A DNA stretch of 46,772 nucleotides from Acidobacteriota bacterium (GTDB taxonomy: Bacteria; Acidobacteriota; Thermoanaerobaculia; UBA5066): the NCBI GenBank assembly GCA_022711615.1, contig JAKLER010000002.1, forward strand, positions 1 through 46,772, written 5' to 3'. The first letter of the stretch is position 1, and every line of letters starts with the position of its first letter. The notes under the pieces were generated by a model. The model saw only the letters and a program-made list of their open reading frames with translations. It made no database searches and was not told the origin of the DNA. The position numbers and the translations under genes were made by a program. This document shows, piece by piece, positions 17,580-23,344 of the stretch.

Positions 17580-19069
17580 CGGGAGACCTCGAAGAGGGCG
17601 GAGATGCGTGAAGGGAGACGCGCGGCGAGCGATTCCGCGGTCGCCGCGCGTCCCGTGAACAGCGCCGACTGCCCCGCGGCCTGCGCGAGGAGGAGCGTGA
17701 AGCCGTCGACGAGGCGGGAGCCGTTTCGGAGCGCGAGCCGCGCGAAGGCCGTCCCTCCCGGGCGATAGGGGGCGTCGACCGCGAGGACGCCCGGGCCGAG
17801 GAACGTGCCAGGGCACGGGAGCGAGTCCTCGACGTCGAGGCCGAGCGGGGTCGCGTTGACGATGGCCGAATAGGCGACGCCGGCGCTCGCCGGGCTCGCG
17901 ACGACCCGCGCCCCGCAGGACGCGGCGATCGCCGCCGCGCGCGCGGCCGTCCGGGCCGCGAGGTCGACGCGCCACCCCCGCGCGACGAGCGCCTCGACGG
18001 CCGAGCGCGCCATGCCGCCCGCGCCGAGGACGAGCGCGGCGCCGTCCTCGGGCGCCTCGGGGATCGCGGCGAGGAGCGCGTCTCGGTCGGTGTTCGCGGA
18101 CGCGACCGCGCCGTCCTCGCCGAAGAGGAGCGTGTTGCGCGCCTCGCCCGGCGCGCCCGCGACCGCGGCGGCCTCTTCCTTGAACGGCACGGTCACAGAG
18201 GCGCCGCGGAGCGGAAGGCCGAGCTCGTCGCACGCCTCGCGCAGCGGTCCGATCTCCGTCGCGAGCGAGGAGAGGGCGACCGGAGCGTAGAGGGACGAGA
18301 GCCCGAGCTCCTCGAACCGGGCGTTGTGGATCGCCGGGGAGAGGGAGTGGGAGACCCGACCGCCGAGGAGGGCGAAGAGAGCCTCGACGCGGCGGGAGCG
18401 GCCGACGCCGTAGACGTCGAGGAGGTCGGCGGCCGGAAGCTGTCCCGGCGCCGTCGCCTCGGGCGCGAGGGCCGCGCCGAAGGAGAGGGAGGCGCCGAGG
18501 TACGGCGAGAGGGCGCGCGTGACGAGCCCGGCTTCGCCCATGCCGAACGCCGCGAGGCGCCCCTCTCGCCCGCGCGCGGCCTGGAGCCGCAGGAGCCGCA
18601 GCGCGTCGCCGAGTCCCGCCGCCGCGACGACGAGCTTGGCGAAGCGGGCGCCCGTCGCCTCGAGGCGCGCGGCGCGCTCCTCGAGGTCGTCCGGCGTCCG
18701 CTCGAAGGCGTGCGACGAGACGACGACCCTCTCCCGCGGGAGGCCGAGAAGGCCGGCGCCGCCGAGCTGGAGCTCGACGTCGACCAGGTCGAACCCGGCG
18801 TCGAGCGCGGCGCCAAGGAGGGCGGAGGCCTCGGAGGCCGTCCCGCCGAACCGCCCTCCCTCGGCGCGGGACCGGAGCGTCGCGAGGAGCGTCCGCCCGG
18901 CGAAGGCGGCGCGCAGGGCCGGAAGCTCCGGCGCCTCCTCGAGCGCGTCGAGCCTCAGCTCGACCGCGGGGAGGCGCGGGTCGAGGAACGGCGCCGCCGC
19001 CGCGAGCGTCGCGTTCGTCGGCCGGCCGGCCGAGGCGACGAGGAGCGTCTTATCCGCGGTGAGAGCCAA
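17576..19069 (-). CDS. aroD-aroE: bifunctional 3-dehydroquinate dehydratase (type I) / shikimate 5-dehydrogenase (AroD-AroE fusion)
   Basis: 497-aa ORF. The N-terminal half is type-I DHQase-like (VELRLDAL...VVSSHAFERTP...AKLVV). The C-terminal half is AroE-like (LGGRVSHSLSPAIHNARF...GASVTVPFK...NTD...VLGAGGMARS...NATPLG). The only available start is TTG at 19069, which lies inside the terminator U-tract with the SD-like GAGGGGG in the terminator 3' arm, so the start is uncertain. Confidence 0.85.
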   Translation of the reverse strand: MALTADKTLLVASAGRPTNATLAAAAPFLDPRLPAVELRLDALEEAPELPALRAAFAGRTLLATLRSRAEGGRFGGTASEASALLGAALDAGFDLVDVELQLGGAGLLGLPRERVVVSSHAFERTPDDLEERAARLEATGARFAKLVVAAAGLGDALRLLRLQAARGREGRLAAFGMGEAGLVTRALSPYLGASLSFGAALAPEATAPGQLPAADLLDVYGVGRSRRVEALFALLGGRVSHSLSPAIHNARFEELGLSSLYAPVALSSLATEIGPLREACDELGLPLRGASVTVPFKEEAAAVAGAPGEARNTLLFGEDGAVASANTDRDALLAAIPEAPEDGAALVLGAGGMARSAVEALVARGWRVDLAARTAARAAAIAASCGARVVASPASAGVAYSAIVNATPLGLDVEDSLPCPGTFLGPGVLAVDAPYRPGGTAFARLALRNGSRLVDGFTLLLAQAAGQSALFTGRAATAESLAARLPSRISALFEVSR

Positions 19070-19098
19070 AACGAAACCCCCTCGGTCGTCCGAGGGGG
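19068..19098 (-). terminator. intrinsic terminator of the leader (attenuator terminator): CCCCCTCGG-ACGA-CCGAGGGGG + UUUCGUUUU
   Basis: Read directly on the minus strand. A perfect 9-bp GC-rich stem (19098-19090 / 19085-19077) with a 4-nt loop is followed by TTTCGTTTT (19076-19068). It sits immediately 5' of the first operon cistron. Confidence 0.8.
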
Positions 19099-19172
19099 TC
19101 TCTGCGGTTCTTCTTCTCTACCCCGCGCCCTCGGACGACTCACGTCCGACGAGCGTGTGGCGCTCGCCGTCG
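19085..19172 (-). promoter_or_regulatory. attenuator alternative-structure region (helices A and B, plus a 12-bp antiterminator competing with the terminator)
   Basis: Three pairings on the minus strand. Helix A is CGACGGCGAGCG/CGCTCGTCG (19172-19147) and abuts the leader stop codon. Helix B is TCGGACG/CGTCCGA (19149-19131). GTCGTCCGAGGG (19139-19128) is the exact reverse complement of CCCTCGGACGAC (19096-19085), which is the terminator 5' arm plus loop. Confidence 0.7.
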
Positions 19173-19214
19173 CTATGCGTGATGCCAGTGCCAGAGGACC
19201 GGGGCGAACGTCAT
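19173..19214 (-). CDS. putative 13-aa leader peptide MTFAPVLWHWHHA (Trp/His regulatory codons)
   Basis: ATG ACG TTC GCC CCG GTC CTC TGG CAC TGG CAT CAC GCA TAG on the minus strand. The same residues form the tail of the junk ORF 19173..20759. There is no SD, but the ATG lies 9 nt after a candidate -10 box, so the transcript may be leaderless. Confidence 0.65.
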   Translation of the reverse strand: MTFAPVLWHWHHA

Positions 19215-19223
19215 CGGGGGCGG

Positions 19224-19253
19224 ATAGTGGGGGAAGGCCCCGGACCCTGTCAA
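19224..19253 (-). promoter_or_regulatory. candidate sigma70-type promoter of the leader/aro-his-trp operon (TTGACA-N18-CACTAT)
   Basis: Minus strand has TTGACA at 19253-19248, containing the cysS TGA stop, and CACTAT at 19229-19224. The leader ATG is at 19214. Motif match only. Confidence 0.45.
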
Positions 19254-20665
19254 CTCTTCCGCCGCCAGCGGACCCCCTGCGGGGTGTCCTCGAGGAGGAT
19301 CCCGCGGGCGGCGAGCTCGTCGCGGATCGCGTCGGAGGCGGCGAAGTCGCGCCGCTTCCGGGCGTCCTGCCGGGCCGCGATCTTCGCCTCGACCTCGGCC
19401 TCGAGCGAGGCGTCCTCCGCCGGGGCGAGGACGCCGAGGACGCCGTCGACCTCCCGGAGGAGGGCGCGCGCCGCCGCCGCGTCGGCCGGGTCGAGCTGCC
19501 CCCCCTCGAGCGCGGTGTTCGCCTCTTTCACGAACGCGAAGAGGGCGCCGAGGGAGGCCGCGCTGTTGAGGTCGTCCTCCCACGCGGCCCGCACGGAGCG
19601 TCGAGCCTCCTCGACGCGCCCGCGGAACGCCTCGGAGGCGCCGTCCGCGCCGGCCGCGCCGGCCCGCTCGCCGAGCCGCGTCTCGAGCGACTCGAGCCGC
19701 TCGAGGGCCGAGACGGCGCCGCGCAGGGCGTCGAACGTGAAGTTCAGCTTCTGGCGGTACGGCACCGACAGGAGGAGGTAGCGGACCGCGCGCGGCGAGA
19801 AGCCGCGGGCGAGGACGTCGGGAAGCGTGTAGAAGTTCCCCTTCGACTTCGCCATCTTCTCGCCGTCGACGATGAGGTGCTCGGCGTGGAGCCAGAAGCG
19901 GACGAAGGTCTTGCCCGTCGCTCCTTCGCTCTGCGCGACCTCGTTCTCGTGGTGCGGGAAGACGTTGTCGACGGCCCCGGTGTGGATGTCGAGCGTCTCG
20001 CCGAGGTACTTCATCGACATCGCCGAGCACTCGAGGTGCCAGCCGGGCCGCCCCTTCCCGAGCTCGGTCTCCCAGAGGGCCGACTCGGGCTCTCCCTCCT
20101 TCGCCCCCTTCCAGACGGCGAAGTCTCGGACGTCCTCCTTCTCGTACTCGTCGTCGGCGACGCGCGCGCCGCGCTTCATCGAGGAGAGGTCGACGCGCGA
20201 GAGCTTCCCGTACGAGGGGAACGAGGCGATCCGGAACCAGATCGAGCCGTCGCTCTCGTAGGTGTGCCCGCGCTCCGTCAGCTTCTTCACGATCTCGACC
20301 ATCTCGGGGACGTGGTCCGTCGCGCGCGGGTAGACCGCGGCCGGGATCACGTTGAGCGTCTTCAGGTCCTCGAAGAACGTCGCGATGTGCCGGTCGGTGA
20401 AATCGCGGAGCGGGAGCCCCTCGGCGATCGCGCCGCGGATCGTCTTGTCGTCGATGTCCGTCAGGTTCATCACCTGGGTCACGTCGAAGCCGAGGCTCCG
20501 GAAGGCCCGGCACATCACGTCCTCCCAGACGAACGTCCGGAGGTTCCCGATGTGGACCCGGTTGTAGACCGTCGGGCCGCAGGTGTAGAGGCCGATCTTG
20601 CCGGGGCGGAGTGGCTCGAAATCGACCAGGGAACGGGCCGCAGTATCGAAAAGGCGCAGGCTCAC
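19250..20665 (-). CDS. cysS: cysteine--tRNA ligase
   Basis: 471-aa ORF reading LYTCGPTVYNRVHIGNLR (HIGH motif)...KMAKSKGN (KMSKS motif). GTG start with GGAGAA 9 nt upstream. Confidence 0.95.
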   Translation of the reverse strand: MSLRLFDTAARSLVDFEPLRPGKIGLYTCGPTVYNRVHIGNLRTFVWEDVMCRAFRSLGFDVTQVMNLTDIDDKTIRGAIAEGLPLRDFTDRHIATFFEDLKTLNVIPAAVYPRATDHVPEMVEIVKKLTERGHTYESDGSIWFRIASFPSYGKLSRVDLSSMKRGARVADDEYEKEDVRDFAVWKGAKEGEPESALWETELGKGRPGWHLECSAMSMKYLGETLDIHTGAVDNVFPHHENEVAQSEGATGKTFVRFWLHAEHLIVDGEKMAKSKGNFYTLPDVLARGFSPRAVRYLLLSVPYRQKLNFTFDALRGAVSALERLESLETRLGERAGAAGADGASEAFRGRVEEARRSVRAAWEDDLNSAASLGALFAFVKEANTALEGGQLDPADAAAARALLREVDGVLGVLAPAEDASLEAEVEAKIAARQDARKRRDFAASDAIRDELAARGILLEDTPQGVRWRRKS

Positions 20666-20707
20666 GGTCCCGGATTCTCCGCGCGGACCGGGCCCATCGC
20701 AATCTCC

Positions 20708-20736
20708 TTGACGACCCCGCCCGCGCGAGGGATAAA
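20708..20736 (+). promoter_or_regulatory. candidate sigma70-type promoter for the response regulator (TTGACG-N17-GATAAA), ATG 10 nt downstream
   Basis: Plus strand has TTGACG at 20708-20713, a 17-nt spacer and GATAAA at 20731-20736. The ATG is at 20747 with no SD. Motif match only. Confidence 0.4.
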
Positions 20737-20746
20737 GCCCGTTCCG

Positions 20747-21649
20747 ATGTTCCGCCCACGCTCCTCCCGCCCGCTCATCCTCCTCGTCGACGACGATCCC
20801 TTCCAGTCGGAGGTCGCCTCCTACATCGCCGAGGAGCTCGACTGCGACTTCGAGTTCGCGCTCTCCGGCACGGAGGCTCTCGCGAAGGTCGCCCAGCGGG
20901 CCCCGGACGTCGTCCTCCTCGACGTGAAGATGGACGACCTCTCCGGCTACGAGGTCTGCCGCCGCATCAAGACCCTCCCGGAAACGGCGGACACGCAGGT
21001 CCTCTTCGTGACCGCCCGGACGGACGAGGAGGACCTCCTCAAGGGCTTCGAGGCGCTCGCGAACGACTACCTGACGAAGCCGTTTTCAGCGCGCGAGCTG
21101 AAGGCCCGGACCAAGAACGCCCTCCGGACGAAGCACCTCCTCGACACCATCGGAGCGCGGACCCGCTTCCTCGAGCTGCAGCAGGAGATCACGGAGAAGC
21201 TGGAGGCGGAGGAAGCCGGGACGGAAGAGAAGCGGGCCCAGGTCCTGGTCACGATCCTCGACAGGATCGGTCCGCTCTTCGGGGCCGACGGCGTCACGCT
21301 CCACACGCGCCGGCCCGGAAGGGCCGAGACCCGGACCGCCGTTTCCCCCTCCTGGCCCGACGGCGCGCCCCCGTCCTACCTCGCGGTCCTCGCGCTCTCC
21401 GAGGATCCTCGCATCGAGAAGGCCCCGCGCCTCCCGGGCGAGTCCCGGGATCCCTCGGGAGACTGGCTCGTCGTCTCCGCGCCGCTGTGGGTCGGCTCGG
21501 AGCTGCTCGGGACGCTTCGCCTCCACCGCCGCGGCCTCCCCCCGGCTCCCGGCGACTCGACCGAGCTCGAGCACCTCGTCGCGCTGGCCGGGCACCTGGC
21601 GCGGACCCTCCACAGGGCCGACCTCATCCAGGAGCTGCGAGGTCATTGA
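20747..21649 (+). CDS. response regulator: receiver domain plus C-terminal GAF-like domain, no DNA-binding domain
   Basis: The last 300 aa of track ORF 18326..21649 read LILLVDDDPF...VVLLDVKMDDLSG...YLTKPF (receiver Asp and Lys positions). A coiled linker follows, then a roughly 130-aa GAF-like C-terminus. The upstream part of the track ORF is antisense to cysS and aroDE. Confidence 0.85.
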   Translation: MFRPRSSRPLILLVDDDPFQSEVASYIAEELDCDFEFALSGTEALAKVAQRAPDVVLLDVKMDDLSGYEVCRRIKTLPETADTQVLFVTARTDEEDLLKGFEALANDYLTKPFSARELKARTKNALRTKHLLDTIGARTRFLELQQEITEKLEAEEAGTEEKRAQVLVTILDRIGPLFGADGVTLHTRRPGRAETRTAVSPSWPDGAPPSYLAVLALSEDPRIEKAPRLPGESRDPSGDWLVVSAPLWVGSELLGTLRLHRRGLPPAPGDSTELEHLVALAGHLARTLHRADLIQELRGH

Positions 21650-21651
21650 TG

Positions 21652-21831
21652 GATCGGGGAGGCTCGCCACGAGCCTCCCCGCGGCGCCTTCGGCGCCTCC
21701 CCTCCTCAGGGTCCTGATCGGGGAGGCTCGCCACCAGCCTCCCCGCGGCGCCTTCGGCGCCTCCCCTCCTCAGGGTCCTGATCGGGGAGGCTCGCCACCA
21801 GCCTCCCCGCGGCGCCTTCGGCGCCTCCCCT
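21652..21831. repeat. 64-nt tandem repeat, 2.8 copies, each with two GC-rich hairpins, in the convergent gap between the response regulator and def
   Basis: Unit: GATCGGGGAGGCTCGCCAC(G/C)AGCCTCCCCGCGGCGCCTTCGGCGCCTCCCCTCCTCAGGGTCCT. Copies start at 21652, 21716 and 21780. There is one substitution between copies 1 and 2. Copy 3 ends at the def stop codon. Confidence 0.95.
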
Positions 21832-22345
21832 ACCACTCTCCGCGCTTCTGCCTCTTCAGCACCTTGCGAAGGACGAAGCCCCGCTTCAGGCTCGACATCC
21901 TCTCGATGAAGAGCCGGGAGTCGAGGTGGTCGATCTCGTGGCAGAACGCCCGGGCGAGGAGGTCCGCTCCCTCGAGAACCCTCCTGACACCCTTCTCGTC
22001 GAACGCCTCCACCGCGACCGCCTCCGGCCGCTCGACGATCTCGACGATGTCGGGAAACGAGAGGCACCCTTCCTCGTCCCTCACGAGTCCCTCCGCGTCG
22101 ACGACGCGAGGGTTGATCAGGACGAGCGCCTGAGACGGGTCCTTGCCGACCGAGAGGTCGACGACGCAGACTCGCTTGTTCACCCCGATCTGGGGCGCGG
22201 CGATTCCGAGGCCGGGCGCAGCCCACCCCGTCTCGAACAGGTCGCGGATCAGCTCCCGGAGCGCCGGGTCCTCGAAGTCGGTCACGTCCTCGTTCTTGGC
22301 GACGAGTCGCTCGTCGCCGTACCTGACGATGTCCCGGATCGCCAT
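21830..22345 (-). CDS. def: peptide deformylase
   Basis: 171-aa ORF reading GLGIAAPQIG...EGCLSFP...HEIDHL, the three canonical PDF motifs. Confidence 0.95.
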   Translation of the reverse strand: MAIRDIVRYGDERLVAKNEDVTDFEDPALRELIRDLFETGWAAPGLGIAAPQIGVNKRVCVVDLSVGKDPSQALVLINPRVVDAEGLVRDEEGCLSFPDIVEIVERPEAVAVEAFDEKGVRRVLEGADLLARAFCHEIDHLDSRLFIERMSSLKRGFVLRKVLKRQKRGEW

Positions 22346-23158
22346 TCAGCCCTTCCCTCCCGCCTCTCTCTTCCGCCGCAGCTCCTCGACGATCGCATCC
22401 GCCGCGAACCGCGCCCGCTCGTTGTGGACCTCCTCGAGCACCTTCCGTACTCGCGGGAGGCCGGCCAGAGCCCCGTCCCAGGCGTCGCCGCCGATCTCGA
22501 GGCACTCCGCCGCCGTTTCCGCGAGGACCGTCGCCGTGCGCGGCCGCCCCGTCAGGAAGGCGACCTCCCCGAAGACGTCTCCGGCGACGAGGACCCCCAT
22601 GCGGAGCTTCCGCCCTTCGCCCATCGCCGTTTCCACGCGGAGGACTCCGCGGGTGACGATGTAGAAGTCCCGCCCGGCCTTCCCCTGCTCGAGGACGATC
22701 TCCCCCTCGCGGAAGGTCCGCCGAACCGAGGAAGCGATGAACCCCGCGATCTCCTCCCTCGTCATTTCCGCGAAGAAGCGGGATCGCTCGAGCCCCTCGG
22801 GAATCGGCGCCGACGCCCGGCCGGCGTCGCGGGCGCGGACGGCACCGGTCTCCTCCCGCTTCCGCGCCATCTCCTCGGCATCCCGGGCCGCCGACTGGGT
22901 CGCCGGAGGACCGGAGCTCCACGAGCTGATCTGATGGCGTACCGCGACGGCGAGGGGAAAGCTCCCCTCGCCGGCGAGGTCCGCGGCGAGCCCTTCCAGG
23001 AGAGCGACGGCCTCGGCCGTCTCTCCCTTCTCGTGCAGGGCCTCGGCGCGCGCCCGGCGCTCTTCGTAGTCGCCGCCAGCCGCAGGAGCGGTCCCGGCCG
23101 CCGCCACCGCGTCAGAGGTGAGCGATTGGAGCTTCTTCTTCAGGAATTCGAAGACCAC
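22346..23158 (-). CDS. cyclic nucleotide-binding domain protein
   Basis: 270-aa ORF. The C-terminal half is a CAP-type cNMP-binding fold (FREGEIVLEQGKAGRDFYIVTRGVLRV...GDVFGEVAFLTGRPRTATVLA). Its stop directly abuts the def ATG (TGAATG). GTG start with no clear SD. Confidence 0.8.
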   Translation of the reverse strand: MVFEFLKKKLQSLTSDAVAAAGTAPAAGGDYEERRARAEALHEKGETAEAVALLEGLAADLAGEGSFPLAVAVRHQISSWSSGPPATQSAARDAEEMARKREETGAVRARDAGRASAPIPEGLERSRFFAEMTREEIAGFIASSVRRTFREGEIVLEQGKAGRDFYIVTRGVLRVETAMGEGRKLRMGVLVAGDVFGEVAFLTGRPRTATVLAETAAECLEIGGDAWDGALAGLPRVRKVLEEVHNERARFAADAIVEELRRKREAGGKG

Positions 23159-23302
23159 GTCTCAAGGGTGGCCCGGCCGGGCGTCCCGGTCAAGGCACTT
23201 CCGCCGGGCGCCCGCCCGAGGACGCTGCCTCGGGAGCGGAAATCCCGCCGTGAGCTCAAATCGAGCGTTGGTCCGAACGTCTCCCCGGGGGGACTCGCGA
23301 AG

Positions 23303-23318
23303 TGGCACGCGAGTCGCA
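23303..23318 (+). promoter_or_regulatory. sigma54-like -24/-12 element (TGGCAC-N5-TCGCA) embedded in an 8-bp inverted repeat
   Basis: Plus strand reads TGGCACGCGAGTCGCA, with GG and GC separated by 10 nt as in the TGGCAC-N5-TTGCW consensus (one mismatch). The flanking GACTCGCG (23292-23299) and CGCGAGTC (23308-23315) are inverted repeats. It lies 27 nt upstream of the ATG at 23345. Confidence 0.35.
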
Positions 23319-23344
23319 TTACCCGGGACGGGAGGATGACTCCG

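Noticed and set aside
15951-18233. N-terminal extensions of track ORFs (15951..18233, 10164..12851, 8773..11592, 3718..5325, 4521..5888, 5725..7434, 12972..13823, 11615..12616, 31823..33457, 37585..38001, 37875..38660, 40925..41740, 41215..42273, 41883..42593, 44262..46508 and 30129..31181)
   Set aside because: The track starts each ORF at the farthest upstream start codon. The extensions overlap the preceding gene in another frame and are Arg-rich junk. Conserved N-termini, SD sequences and ATGA/GTGA stop-start overlaps define the shorter starts used in the feature list.
19185-19200. TGGCAC TGGCAT CAC in the leader considered as a sigma54 -24/-12 promoter
   Set aside because: The GC of the -12 element is not at the required GG-N10-GC spacing (TGGCAC-TGGCA-TCACG gives AC there). 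The leader-codon interpretation fits the surrounding attenuator structure much better.
19173-20759. 528-aa minus-strand ORF whose last 13 residues are the leader peptide
   Set aside because: Apart from the last 13 codons, it is an out-of-frame shadow of cysS with an Arg/Pro/Gly-rich translation. Only the terminal ATG-initiated mini-ORF downstream of the cysS stop is considered meaningful.
21652-21831. 64-nt repeats considered as a possible CRISPR array
   Set aside because: The copies are directly adjacent with no spacers. The unit length and the two-hairpin content do not resemble a CRISPR repeat. No cas genes are in the window.
21926-23344. N-terminal 470 aa of the 1261-aa plus-strand ORF 21926..25711
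   Set aside because: It is antisense to def and the cNMP-binding gene, with an Arg/Asp/Glu/Pro-rich composition. A clean signal peptide preceded by GGAGG begins at 23336/23345.
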